DNA of 64,000 nt from the human T2T-CHM13v2.0 reference genome, Homo sapiens. A model generated the notes under the pieces. The model was not told where the DNA came from and searched no databases. It worked only from the letters and a program-made list of their open reading frames with translations. Positions within the stretch are counted from its first letter, which is position 1. Every line of letters begins with the position of its first letter. Below are positions 1-13,194 of this stretch, in pieces. The stretch lies in assembly GCF_009914755.1 (NCBI RefSeq), contig NC_060926.1; one strand, given 5' to 3'. The position numbers were made by a program, and so were the translations under genes.

Positions 1-358
1 CATGTAAAATTCCTGTGAATCATTTAAGGGACATACAGCCTTTTGTGCCCACTTCACAAATATGAAGAGAGGCATGACATGACTTTACTGGATGGTAAAT
101 TCCAGGCCTCAGAGACTAAGCCAGACCACCAGCCAGCAAGTTCTTACAAACTACGTTTCCTTCCTTAGGTATGTTTTACAACTTTTTAAAAAGTTGTAAA
201 AGTAAAAACTCCATGTTTAAAAGTAAAAACTCTATGTTTTTTCTAAATCCCCTTTTTAGCATATCCTACTAGAAAGGACTGTGTTAGTCCATTTTGCATT
301 GCTATACAGGAATACCTGAAGCTGAGTGATTTATAAAGAAACGAGGTTTATACAGAAA

Positions 359-628
359 GTAATCCCAGCACTTTGGGATGCCAAGGCGGGAGGATCACTT
401 GAGGTGAGGAGTTCGAGACCAGCCTGGTCAACCTAGCAAAACCCCATCTCTATTAAAAATACAAAAATTAGTGGAGCCTTGGGGTACAAGCTTATAATTC
501 CAGCTACTCAGGAGGCTGAGGCAGGAGAATCACTTGAACCCAGGAGGTAGAGGTTGCAGTGAGCTGAGATCTTGCCACTGCACCCTAGATTGGGTGACAG
601 AGCAAGACTCTGTCAAAAAAAAAAAAAG
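359..628 (+). mobile_element. 5'-truncated AluS-type element inside MST LTR
   Basis: gtaatcccagcactttggga...A-tail; diverged TSD aagaaacgaggttta / aagaagtgaggttta. Confidence 0.93.
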
Positions 629-964
629 AAGTGAGGTTTATTTTAGCTCATGGTTCTGCAGGCTGTACAGCAAGCATGGTGCCAGCATCTGCTTCTGATG
701 AGGCCTCAGGAGGCTTACAGTCAAAGGAGAAGACAAAGGGGAACCAGTGTGTCACATGGTGAGACAGGGAGTGAGAGAGAGGGGAAGAAGTGCCAGACTT
801 TTTTACACAAACAGCTTTCACATGACCTAAGAGTGAGAACTCACTCCATCACCAAGGGGATGGTGCTGAGCCATTCATGAGGGATCCACCTCCATGACCC
901 AAACACCTCCCACCACACCCCACTTCCAACACCAGGAATTACAGTTAGACACCAGATTTGGAGG

Positions 965-1323
965 TATATTAGTCCATTTTCGCGCTGCTGATAAAGACAT
1001 ACCTGAGACTGGGTAATTTATAAAGAAAAAGAGGTGTAAGGGACTCAGAGTTCCACATGGCTGGGGAGGCCTCACAATCGTGGTGGAAGGTGAAAGCCAT
1101 TTCTTACATGGCAGCAGGGAGGAGAGAATGAGAGCCAAGATAAAGGCAAAATTCCGCATAAAACCGTCAGGCCTTGTGAGACTTATTCACTACCACGAGA
1201 ACAGTATGGGGGTACCCCCTACGATTCAATTATCTCCCACCAGGTCTCTCCCACAATATGTGGGAATTATGGGAGTTACAATTCAAAATGAGATTTCAGT
1301 GGGGACATAGCCAAACCATATCA
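965..1323 (-). mobile_element. THE1 (THE1B-like) solo LTR nested in MST LTR
   Basis: tatattagtccattttcgcgctgctgataaagacatacc...gccaaaccatatca; TSD ggagg/gaagg. Confidence 0.9.
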
Positions 1324-1658
1324 GAAGGGGACAGATATCCAAACCATATCAATGACCGAGTGTTTAATTTTGTATTTGTCTTCAATTCCACAGGGTAAAA
1401 TTCACTTTTCTCTCATGATCTCCTATTTTGATTTCTGAAGTTTTCTGAAACTTCTGTGAATAAAACATACTTGCAGTTGAGCTTCTGTCAGTGAGGGGGC
1501 AGGTGGGTGCTACAGTTTGCACCAGAGGCAGGTGCTGCTTTAGGAGGAGTCAGGAGGCAGGGATGTCCCTTGGTCTTTCCTTGTCACCATCCTTTCTGCT
1601 TTTTCTTGTATTCTCACAGCATGAACTACTGACCTTTGGAATGTGAAGACCTTGCTTC

Positions 1659-1870
1659 AAGTGAGACCTTGTCTCTACAAGAAATAAACAAAATTATCCA
1701 GGCGTGGTTGTGCATGCCTGTAGTCCCAGTTACACGATAAGCTGAGGCAGAAGGATCACTTGAGCTGGGAGAGATTGAGCAGAGGTTGCATTGAGCCAAA
1801 ATTGTACCACTGCACTCCAGCCTGGGAGACAGAGCAAGATCCTGTCTTAAAAAAAAAAAAAAAAAAAAAG
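1659..1870 (+). mobile_element. 5'-truncated AluJ-like element
   Basis: gagaccttgtctctac...right monomer...poly(A). Confidence 0.85.
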
Positions 1871-2541
1871 GAAAAGAAAGTAAATGATCCTACTCAAGAA
1901 AGTTCCATCTTAGGTTGAAAATCAAAATCAAAGCATGGCAGGAGATGGGTATATTCTAAGACGTTTCTTAGCTACTGTGATAATATTCTTTAGAGCACTA
2001 AAATATTAGAAAATATCTCTGGTCAGAGACCAATTTGGTGGCTTAGAAACAGACATCCTACCCTTCTCCCAGCATATCTCTTTGTTTTATGAGTGCTGTA
2101 GAAACACACGACCTTGCCTTTTGAAAATGTGGCTTATTAACATGTCATCTCATCTGGTTATGTTTTTATATGGGTCACTTTCACCAAGGCTTGCTTCAGA
2201 AACTTGGATTGATGGGAATTTTGTTTGTCTGGTTGGTTGGTTGATTGTTTAAGATACATCTTTTCTGCATTACAAGTGCTACAGATAATAGAAATAATTC
2301 ATTATTGGATAGTACCATGCTTTTATTGTTTACACTAACATAATTTTGCTTGCTTATCAACTGGACTTCATTGGCAGTTATTTAATTAGCTATTATTCTA
2401 ACACAAATAAGCAATTTTTTAATCATCGCACCAGATATTTTACTGCGAAGAAGACAAATTAAACAAAGGAGAAACGAAATACAGATTTTTAGCAAAAAGG
2501 ACTGGGTTGGTATCACATGAAGGGAAACAGAACTAGAATAC

Positions 2542-2906
2542 TGATATGGTTTGGCTGTGTCCCCACCCAAATCTCATCTTTTATTGTAGCTCCCATAATC
2601 CCCATGTGTTGTGGGAGAGACCTGGTAGGAGGTAATAGAACCATGGGGGTAGGTTTATCCCATGCTGTTCTCCTGATAGTGAATAAGTCTCAAGAGATCT
2701 GATAGTTTTACAAAGGACAATTCCCCTGCACATGTTCTCTTGCCTGCTGTCATGTAAGACATAACTTTGCTCCTCCTTCACCTTCTGCCATCACTGTGAG
2801 ACCTCCCCAGCCATGTGGAACTGTGAGTCCATTAAACCTCTTTTTATTTATAAATCACTCAGTCTTTGGTATCTCTTTATTAGCAGCATGAGAACAGACT
2901 AATACA
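2542..2906 (+). mobile_element. THE1 (B/C-like) solo LTR
   Basis: tgatatggtttggctgtgtccccacccaaatctc...gactaataca; perfect TSD aatac. Confidence 0.92.
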
Positions 2907-3257
2907 AATACATAACTTGATTTTGTCTAGCACTAATCAGCTTTCAGTGGTGGAGGAGGGAGGATTGGCCTAGGTAAAGGGATTTGCAAAGCCAAACCTG
3001 GAGAAGAAAGACTCTTTCCTGAAGCTATTAGGATCATCAAAAGAGGTCAAAACCAAAAATTATGCTAGGCATGAAGTTCAAGAAACCAGGGAGTTCTGTG
3101 ATGGAGGATGCTGGCCAGGAAGTGCAGGTTAAGTGAAGCCTTTTAGCTGGAAGTGACTTTATGTTCTACAGCCAGTGTTTATGTCTTAGCCGATGCATGC
3201 AGGATGAGAGTGACCACTGTAGGTCAAGGCAGATGGCATCAACTGCAAGTTCTAGGT

Positions 3258-3772
3258 GAACGTTTTCCAGCTACAGGTCTTTACCCGTTAGTGTGGTCAT
3301 AAAATAAATTCCTGAATAGCAAAAGGTGTTTGTTATTTTCATGAAGTAATAGAATGTGATAGAATACATAGATTAAAATAGAATAAACAGCATTGCACAT
3401 GGTAAAGGAAGTATCATTTGGGGAAACTCTGTGTTTGTGTGTGTGTGAGTGTGTGTGTGTGTACCATGGTATAATTTGGTTTTCTTAAACGTTTTTTGTG
3501 GGTACATAGTAGATGTATATATTTATGGGGTACGTGAGATGTTTTGATACCATCATACAATGTGAAATAAGCACATCATGGGGAATGGGGTACCCATCCC
3601 ATTAAGCATTTATCCCTTGAATTACAAACAATCCTATTACACTCTTTAAGTTATTTTAAAATGTACAATTAAGTTATTATTGACCATAGTCACACTATTG
3701 TGCTATCGATGCAATGTAATTTGTATTTCTTAATATATATCAAGGTCAAAAAAAGCCTAGAAGCACAACTAG
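3258..3772. mobile_element. hAT-Charlie (Charlie4-like) relic with (TG)n, interrupted by an L1 fragment
   Basis: Similarity to recalled Charlie4z consensus (acccgttagtgtggtcataaaa...gtatttctta...ggtcaaaaaaag). Confidence 0.45.
3488..3707 (-). mobile_element. L1MA 3'-end fragment
   Basis: gggtacatagtagatgtatatatttatggggtacgtgagatgttttgatac...ttgtgctatc, typical of the antisense L1MA 3' UTR. Confidence 0.8.
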
Positions 3773-4374
3773 TGTTCCAGATAGACCCTGCCTGCTCTAA
3801 TCCTCATCATGGCAGGCTTTGAACAGACAACTTTCAGTTATAGTTGGGTCTTTATCCAGAGTTCACTTGGCTCAGTATTTGGTCAGCACCACTACCACCA
3901 TCCCATCCCACCCACTCCATCCTTGGGGCCATCTTTGGTTGCCTTAAGCCTAGTCAAAGTCATCTTCTTGGAATCCACATAGTCTCCAGCTCCAGCCTTT
4001 CCTGTGAGCCCAATACATACACAAGGCTGTTTAACGAGACTTCTATCCTAATCGGCACTGAAATTCCCAGCCAGTCCTGAAACCTTGCTCTTAAAACCCA
4101 GAGTACTTGACAAAATTCCTAACAACCTTCCTAAATATTGTTTGATGTGTCTTCCCAAGGATATAAACCCTGCCATTTTACTCTGCAGATGAGCCGGAGT
4201 CCCATGTTCATCCATATGCTTCCCTCTTGGAATTGTGCCTGTGCCATAATTAGGAACTTCACCACTGCTAGAAACTCTGGCTACTATGTCCCCAAGGCAT
4301 CCTCAACCCAGCTCTCAACTGAACTATGGATTATAATTACTCATCTGAGCTTAGCATTGGGATTTGTCTAGAGG

Positions 4375-4555
4375 AGTGGTTCTCCAAGTGTAGTCCCAGA
4401 TGAGCAACATCAACATCTCTTGGGAACTTACCAGAAATACAAATTATTGGGCCCACCACAGACCTATTGAATTAGACACTCTGGAGGTCTGGCCCAGGCA
4501 TCTGAGTTTTAACAACTCCTTTAAAGTTTGCACACTAAAATCTTTGGACTATTGT
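4375..4555. mobile_element. MER5A DNA transposon (hAT MITE)
   Basis: agtggttctccaagtgtagtccc...gggaacttaccagaaatacaaat...gacctattgaat...ttttaacaa. Confidence 0.8.
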
Positions 4556-4994
4556 TCTAGGCAAAGACACATGTACTAGAACATCTATTGATACATGATA
4601 ACCAAGATAGAACATCTTTTTTTTATTCCCTCACACAGATTGCTATGTGATAGTGTCATGCTCAAATGAAATGTGTTCATTTATTAACTTTATTATGTTA
4701 GAATAGGAATCTTCTCACTGCTGTCTTTGTTCTTACAGTTTTACTCGATTGAAATATGAGGACAGTTAAGTAGCGACCTGACTAAATAAAAACGGAGCAC
4801 ATAGTAGCAGAACTGTTTTGAAGTTTGCAAGTTTCCATAATGCTAAAAAAAGTTCATTTGTTAAGTTTCACTGGCTAAATTTCTTTCTTCCAGCTGGAAC
4901 CATTAGTAAAAGACGTGTGAACTTCATGAGGCATCTTTTTTTCTCAGGAAAACACAAACCAGTGTTTGCTTTTTTGTTTTGTTTTGTTTTATAC

Positions 4995-5365
4995 TGTCTT
5001 AGTCCATTTTCTGTTGTTATAATAGAATACTATAGACTGAGTAATTTATAATAAAAAGAAATGTATGTCTTACAGTTCTGGAGGGTGAGAAGTACAACGT
5101 TGAGGGGCCACATCTAGGTAGGTCCTTCTTGCTGTCATAACATGACAGAAGGCATGACAGGGCGAGAGGAGCAAGCCACCATGCTGGCTTTTATAACAGA
5201 GCCACTTTCAGAGATAACCAACCCACTCTTTTGATCACCCATTAATCCATTAATTCATTCATCCAATCACCTTTTATAGGTCTCACCTGGTCCCACCTCT
5301 TTAAACCATCACAATGCCAATTAAATTCCAACATGAGTTTTGGAGGAGAAACTCAGGTGATAGTA
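4995..5365 (-). mobile_element. MSTD/MLT1A-like MaLR LTR
   Basis: tgtcttagtccattttctgttgttataa...cagttctggagg...aattaaattccaacatgagttttggagg. Confidence 0.75.
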
Positions 5366-5507
5366 AAGATGGTTCTAGACACTGGGTTCCTTAGCACATG
5401 TGTGCATTTTTTAGTTTCCCCGTCAGCCATTGCCTTAAAGCCCAGATTACTGCTGCATTTTATAGTACTGTAACTCAAAGGTAAACACTTGAGACAGCAC
5501 CTGTTAA

Positions 5508-5841
<334 letters not shown>

Positions 5842-6071
5842 GAACTTTCTTATAAAGAAACAGCTCCTTCCAGGAATTAGCCTACTTCTTTACTAATCCT
5901 TAGCCTTCCAAACCCAAGCACGGATGTGTCTGTGTACGCTGACAGTTACACACATACACACATACCCACCAACTCTGGTGTTTTTGCTTCCATAGACTGG
6001 ACACACTGATTAGGCAGAGAGGAGAAACTACAAATCAACCATTACAGATAAACATGGAGTCAGTATTCCTG

Positions 6072-6444
6072 TGATATGGTTCGGCTCTGCATCGGCACCC
6101 AAATGTCATCTCGAATTGTAATCCCCACGTGTGGAGGTAGGGAGGTGATTGGATCATGGGGGTGGTTTCCCCCGTGCTGTTCTCATGATAGTGAGGGAGT
6201 TTTCACGAGATCTGATGGTTTTATAAATGGCAGTTTCCCCTGGGCCTTTCACTTTCTTCTCTCTCCTAGCCACCATGTTAAGAAGGTCCTTGCTTTCCCT
6301 TCACCTTCTGTGCCAGATTGTAAGTTTCCTGAGGCCTCCCCAGCCTTGTGGAACTGTGAGTCAGTTAAGCCTCTTTCCTTTATAAATTACCGAGTCTTGA
6401 GTATTAGGTATTTCTTTAGAGCAGTGCAAAAACAGACTAATACA
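6072..6444 (+). mobile_element. THE1D/MSTA-like solo LTR
   Basis: tgatatggttcggctctg...gactaataca; perfect TSD tcctg. Confidence 0.9.
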
Positions 6445-6480
6445 TCCTGAGTTCCATTTGTAGCTCTGTCAATGACTAAC

Positions 6481-7000
6481 TGTAGTGTGCAGGTATTTTT
6501 CTGGTCTGTGCAGCATCCCATCCTTTGAGGAGTCACCCATCCACCATTTTGGGAGGGACCTCTCCTTAGACCACATGGTACAGGTGAATTGATCTCACCT
6601 TCCTGCTGAAGAAGCAGCCACGACCCAGGCTAGGTCACTCAGGGAACTGAGCCCACACCCTGGGCATGGCGGTTAGGTCAGGAAAGGGTCCCTTCCCCAA
6701 ACTGAGCCAAATCATAATGTTCCCAGCACTCTTGCCATGAGAGGTGGTTTCTCTTTCTCTATGATTATAAACACTGAAAGCCACATGCATCTGGAACTCT
6801 TGGGGGCCATTGTGCTACTTCCTAGGGAGAGGAAGAGAGGTAAGCCGGGCAGAGGAAAGCATCTCCAAGAGGCCTGAAGCCACGGATGCCCAAGGTCCAG
6901 TGTATGTCTTTGGCTCCCTAGTTACCCCTGTCAATCTACTCCCCTTTTTCACAAAATCTATTTTGAGTTGGGTTTCTGTCACTTGTAACCAACAGCCTCA
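6481..7000 (+). mobile_element. Ancient MLT1 (J/K-like) LTR
   Basis: 3' end ttgagttgggtttctgtcacttgtaacc typical of old MLT1. Confidence 0.55.
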
Positions 7001-9081
7001 CAGAGTTGGCTGGATAGTCCTGTAAAATTGATTTTCTAATTGACGCAATACATGGGCAAATCATTCTCAGTGGCCTTTTTCCAGATCTATGACTAAAAAA
7101 TATCCTATTCCCTAACTTGTGCAGGTTATTTTCTAATAGAGCAACTAATTTATTTCTGGACCAGTTTTATGTTGCTTAAACAAAATTGAATTTATCCCCC
7201 CTTAATTTTCTGCAAAGGTGAATTAAGTCCAAATTTATGGATGCTGTGAAGAGAAATTCCCACTCTAGCCTGCTGCAAAACAGTTCAGTGACTGGTGCAC
7301 AGGCACTGGATTCTGCAAGTCCAGCTGTGTGAGGTTCGTCTTCTTGCCATTGACCTTGTTTTGTAACTGGTACATCAGCCCCTTATTTGGTTCTGGTGAG
7401 AGCAAAGGCAAAATGCACTGATCATATTTGCTGACGTATTATGAGCAGTCAAAGCGTAAGAACTGAAGCATTGGCAGCCCTGATAAACCCGAATGAACAC
7501 AGGAAAAGGTTACATTGCTCTATAAACAGTTTTTATATATAAATGTCACATGAAAGGCTCTGGGATTAAAGATTTATGCCGTGGGGCTGCCTGGAAAACA
7601 TCACTCGAGCACTGTTGTTCCTTTGGCAGTAGATGTTGTGGCACTTACTGCTTCTTTTATCTGGGCCTCTTTTTCTTAGAACTCTACACTGTCAAAACAG
7701 TTCTTTGTTCTTAGTTTATATGTGTAAAATTTTATTAAAAAGAACTGAGGCCATTTTATTTCTTTTATATAAAAAAAAAAAACAAAGACCAGAGGCAAAT
7801 AGGAGACAATGTTAACAAAGTATACTTCTGGGTATTGGGAAACCAGGTGTTTTTTTGTACATAAAAATATACTTAGGGCTCTAATGGTTGCACCGAATTA
7901 TCACTTATAAATAACAAGACTCCAGAAGGATTCATGAATTCATTTTCTGTCCTAATAGTAGCACTTAAAAAAAGTTCTCATCAAATAATATTACACTGAG
8001 CCCAGAGATGAAAAATAAACCACATGGAGATGAGAATACTTGAAAGCTGCCCAGAACATCAGTTGCTAAACCTGGAATCTACCTCCAAACCTGTTTGAGT
8101 GGCAAGCAGCAAAAACTCACCCACCAATTATTAAAAGCAATTTCTTCACCTTTAAGATGAGAATTTAGGTTGTGGGGGGACTAAAACCACCACAAGAAGA
8201 ATGCTGCAGAAGGCCAATAAAGAAATTTTATGTGCAGAGGAATTTGCCATATATGTGTAAATGGTACAGTTATTTTGCAGATGATATGCATTTTTATCGC
8301 TTTAGTTTTAGTTGTCATTTTCATTATTATTTGCCAGTGCTTAATGGCAAGAAATGGGTTTTTTTGTAGCATAAAAGCAATAGCTGTGTTCAATTATGCA
8401 TATTTATTTAATCAATGTTATTAACACAGTGCTTACTCTAGGAATGTAATATTATAATTATACACCAAAGGAATTTTTCAGACAAACTTTCCTTTCATGT
8501 CATTTCATATGTCAATTATAGGACAATGTTATTTATTCATGGAATCTGGCATTATAGTCACTCAAAATATATTGTTCTAAGCACAGCCTGCTTCAGTGAG
8601 ATACTGAGACTCCATTGTTCCAAATCTCTCACAGTGATTATTAGATCTGCTCAAAGAAAAGATCCCCGGCCTTACATTCAAATATGGGCAAATAAACATG
8701 CATTTAAATGTGTAAGGTAAGTACTATATTTTTATGATTCCCCAAAGTAAAGTGCCACTTTCATCAAATAGACAAATTGACAATCATAAGTCTTAGTTCA
8801 GCAAAAACTTATTATAACATCATGATTTATATTTATTGGTTTTCCATTTTTACAGTCAACCTATAGACACAGAAGAATACAAGAGACTTAATTACATTTA
8901 CAGAACATGATGTAAATGTTAAACATTTACATCATTAACATAAATGGAAAGACAGAACTGACAGAAGTCAGCAGTCAGAAGAGAGACGGTTACCTGATGT
9001 ATAGGAGGCTAATTTCCTCCACCTATGTAGTTAGGAGTCAAAGAAATACCACCTCAAATTGAAGAATTAAGAAATAAAATT

Positions 9082-9435
<354 letters not shown>

Positions 9436-9689
9436 TTATCATGAACGAAAAATAACAGAACCTATAAAGAAGAGGTTAAATCAAAAAAAGGTGAATATAC
9501 ATAGGACAAATCCTTATCTTTAAGAGCAGAAATCAATGCTGATATATTTGATGAAACGAAGAGAAGTATAAATATATTGCTTTTTGTGACAGTAAAACTA
9601 TTAAAAAATGAAACCAGAAATGGTAAATCCCCAGTCCTCCCCTTATTTGACCTATCAGCAGAACTTTTTCCCTGACACCTGGCCTCTCT

Positions 9690-9890
9690 GGGCTTTCAGC
9701 ACACACTCTTCTCCTCTCCATCTTTCCTCCTGCTGCACTTGCTCCTTCACAGTCCTCCTGGCTGCTTCCTCCTCTCTAACTGGTTAATGTCAGGGTGTCC
9801 CTAGACCAGTTCTCAGCCCTCTCTTCTTCTCTTTCTGCACTCATTCCCTTGGTAGTGACAGTCTCTTGGCATAAGATCATCTGCATATTT
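9690..9890 (+). mobile_element. L2 fragment
   Basis: Pyrimidine-rich L2 ORF2-like segment (gttctcagccctctcttcttctc...cactcattcccttggt). Confidence 0.55.
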
Positions 9891-10002
9891 CTCTGAGATG
9901 TTGAAAAATGCAACCAGTTGTAATAATTTTAGTTGAAAAATATTTATGAGACACTTATGATATCAAAAGCACAGTATGAGGTTCTCAAAGGGTGTTATTC
10001 AC

Positions 10003-10185
10003 TAGAACTTTCTGTTATGTAGAAACATTGCATATCTGCACTGTCCAATATGATAGCCACTAGCCACATGTGACTACTAAGGGCCTAAAATGTGGCTAGT
10101 GTGTACATAAGAAACTGAATTTTTAATTTTTTAAAATTTTAATGGCCACACGTGGCTAGTGGCTACCATACTGTACAGTACATTT
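10003..10185. mobile_element. MER3-like hAT MITE
   Basis: ctgtccaatatgatagccactagccacatgtg...ccacacgtggctagtggctaccatactg (internal inverted repeats). Confidence 0.75.
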
Positions 10186-11249
10186 CTAGAGACTTGTCTA
10201 TGAACAAGGAAAAGATCCCACTAAAGAAAAGACAGTTTGAGAAAATAGAGGTTAAAAAAATTCTTTATCTCTACTAAAAACGGGCCAAGTTCACTCAACT
10301 ATATCATGTAAAGATTTTGGAAAAGTAGTTCTAATTTTTACTGGCGAAAGATAAAGATAGCCAAATCAACTTTTGTCATTCTTACCATTATTTTGCTTAT
10401 GATATTAGAATATTAATCCCATTTTTAACTCTGTAAATTTTGGTGGTTAGGGAATACAAAGTTAAGAACTAAACTAAAATCAAGGCACAATAGACTCATT
10501 TTAGCCAACTTAAATTTTCCATCTTCCTTGGGTTTCAACATTTTCTCTTCAGTTTCAAAGCTCTCAGTAGAACTGCTGTTATTTCATTGGTCTCTAATTC
10601 TGGGCTTCTTACTCTGATTTTGTTTCCTGATATTTATCACATGCATTGTGAATATCTCCCTGCATCATTGATACTTGCCTTTTATCATGGCAAGACTTCT
10701 GGGCTTATAGTCCCCTAACAGCTGCAGTCATCTCAACTCATTCCTGGCTTGGAAGCGAAATATCTGACATTTCATTCTGATTTACATATCATCATATTAG
10801 AATTCCTATTTTTTTATTGCGCATTTTCTCAGGGCAGATTTTCATGTGGTGAATATCCAGGTTTTAGTTACTTAGTCATTCTGAGTTTTTTTTTAATTTC
10901 CTTGTTTAAAAATTTTAAAACTATCTTTAGATGAATAAATGTCTGCTATTCTTGCATACTGTTAACTACTCCTGTCTATTTCATATTCCAAAAGCCACGC
11001 CCACCATTATTTTTAACACATGCCTCTATCTCTGGACTTCACTCTTGGCAGTGGAGTCTGAGGCTGCTGTGGGACCACAGACATCCATAAGCTTTCTAAG
11101 ATACCTTTCGTCTGACTGAAAGGGTATTCTAGTTGCCATTTTATTCCTTCCACAGGTTTTTAAAAGTTGTTAACAGCCCAACTTTTGCTTTGGTCTTTAA
11201 GCCTTGGAGCAAAGTTTAGAGTGAGAGCCCATGTCTTGCTGGGGTACCG

Positions 11250-11680
11250 GAACTTGACCTCTGTGGTCAGGCTGTATCTTCATTTAAGAATCTCCTACTG
11301 AATGGAGAGATGGTCTGAGAAACTCATGTTTTTCTAAACCAGCAAGTTCTGGGATTTCTACAGTCCCTTGAAATTCTATTTGCAGGCCAGCTGGTCATTT
11401 TCTGAGCTCACGATATCATACAGCTAATATTATATATTAGCTGGCTAAAAGAAGCCAGCCAATACTCCAACATTCTCATAGAAACCATCTTGCCCAAGTC
11501 CACAAGTTCATTGGTTACATAGCTACCTTCCAGTTTACCACAGTTACAGAACATGGGTCATCCCTTTTGCAGGCTGCTATGATGGTTTCTTCAGTATTTT
11601 ACCAACCTATACCACCACCTAGTCCCATATAATTTAGGTTTTACTTATAGCCAGCATACCACTTGTTAATCCAAATTTCT
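11250..11680 (-). mobile_element. MLT1 internal-region (MLT1-int) fragment abutting its LTR
   Basis: ...gcataccacttgttaatccaaatttct junction resembles the reverse-complemented MaLR LTR/internal boundary. Confidence 0.45.
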
Positions 11681-12560
11681 ATATTCATTTGCAATTGGTA
11701 CAGAAATCTTGCATAATGAACAGCTTTAAAAAACCTCAGTGGTTTGCAACGGATACAGTTTGGATGTCTTCTTCAAATCTCATGTTGAATTATAATCCCC
11801 AATGTTGGAGGTGGGACCTAGCGGGAGGTGTTTCAGTCATGGGGGCAAATCCCTCGTGGCTTGGTGCTGTTCTCACAATAGTGAGTGAGTTCTCTCAAGA
11901 TCTGGTTGTTGTAAAATGCGGCAGCTACCCCCCAGCTCTCTCTTTCTCTTGCTCCTGCTCTGGCCATGTGATGTGCAAGCTCCTGCTTTGCTTTCCACCA
12001 TGACTGCAAGCTTCCTGAGGTCTCCCCAGAAGCAGATGCCAACACTATGCTTCCTGTACAGCCTGCAGAACCATGAGCCAATTAAACGTCTTATCTTAAA
12101 AATTACCCAGTCTCAAATATTTCTCTATAGCCAAGTAAATATGGCCTAACACAGCAACAATAAACATTTATTTAGTTCACATTATCTGTAGATTTGCTGG
12201 GGCAGGGTCTGCTTATCCAGGCTGGGGCAGCTCTGCTGGGTGGCTCAGCACAATGTATCTCATTCCCCTCCTCCTGGAACCTGCAAACTAACCTGGTCAT
12301 GTTCCTTTCATGGAAACAGCAGATGTACAAGAACCCAGGACTTACCATACAAGAGCATTTTCAGCCTTTGTTGAGTCACAACTGCTAACATCCCACTAGC
12401 CAAAGCAAATCACATTCTAAGCCCAAAGGAGTGGTGAAATACTTTCTATCCACCATGAAGCCAAAGAAAGCCATATGGTCAAGTCCAACATTAAAGGAGC
12501 AGGGAAGTTTACTCCTTCCATGAAAGTGAGAAGGGAGGAAATATATCTGACAAGAGGTAA
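11681..12560 (-). mobile_element. Old MLT1 (H/I/J-like) LTR, interrupted by MSTB
   Basis: aaacctcagtggtttgcaac|aataaacatttattt...catcccactagccaaagcaaatcaca. Confidence 0.65.
11751..12153 (+). mobile_element. MSTB solo LTR
   Basis: gatacagtttggatgtc...caaatctcatgttgaa...ggcctaacaca; perfect TSD gcaac. Confidence 0.9.
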
Positions 12561-12639
12561 ATCTCACACACACGCGTGCTTGCACACATGCACACACACT
12601 TCTTGTTTCTACTTTACTTTCATAATTCCTACATAAGTT

Positions 12640-13055
12640 AGGCATATTTTAGTATAAGCAACTAAAATAAATCTGGCTAAGCTAATCACAAAGAAATTCA
12701 TCAAAAGAGTATGGGGAAATTCATAGAATTAAAAAAAAATCTGACCATACAGACCTCAGAAAGGATTAGAACCAGAAAACTCAAAAGATCTGAGCAGCAG
12801 AAACTAGTAGGCAGTCTCAGGGGGATTCTGTCATAGAATGGGGACAATTTTCCATCAAGCCACTCAGCTGAGGATTCAAATTCTCAAGAGAGAGAGTCTA
12901 ATTGAGCAATTCTGCCCAGCCCTGGGCCAGTGAGGGGTCGGGACACTGTCCTACCAAATCTGCAAATAACAGGGAAAATTTGACCCCAAAGGAAAATCAG
13001 TGTTTTGTTATCAGGAGTTGAGAGGATTGTGTGCTAAGAAGACAAAAACAGTGGG
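12640..13055 (-). mobile_element. Ancient MLT1K/L-like LTR
   Basis: gagagagagtctaattg..., ggaaaatcagtgttttgttatcagg...gacaaaaaca. Confidence 0.4.
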
Positions 13056-13194
13056 TGTGCCCACCAGCTACCTTATGAACCAATCTATTAGGATTTAAGG
13101 ACATTAAACTTGTCAAAAGTAGTGTATTGTGCAGACCCAATTACATATGTTTATCCAATTAAAATTTGTATGAAGAAATAAACCTATGTTACCA

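Larger units (their letters stand above)
280..1351 (-). mobile_element. MST-family (MSTB-like) MaLR solo LTR, interrupted by an Alu and a THE1 LTR
   Basis: Begins tgtgttagtccattttgcattgctata and ends gatatccaaaccatatca (reverse complement of MST termini); 5-bp TSD aggac/atgac. Confidence 0.85.

Noticed and set aside
197-238. 21-bp tandem duplication (also 13-bp at 26763-26788 and diverged 27-bp at 57863-57913)
   Set aside because: Ordinary small slippage duplications with no further signal
10040-10175. Long imperfect inverted repeat that could look like a pre-miRNA
   Set aside because: Explained by MER3 MITE structure
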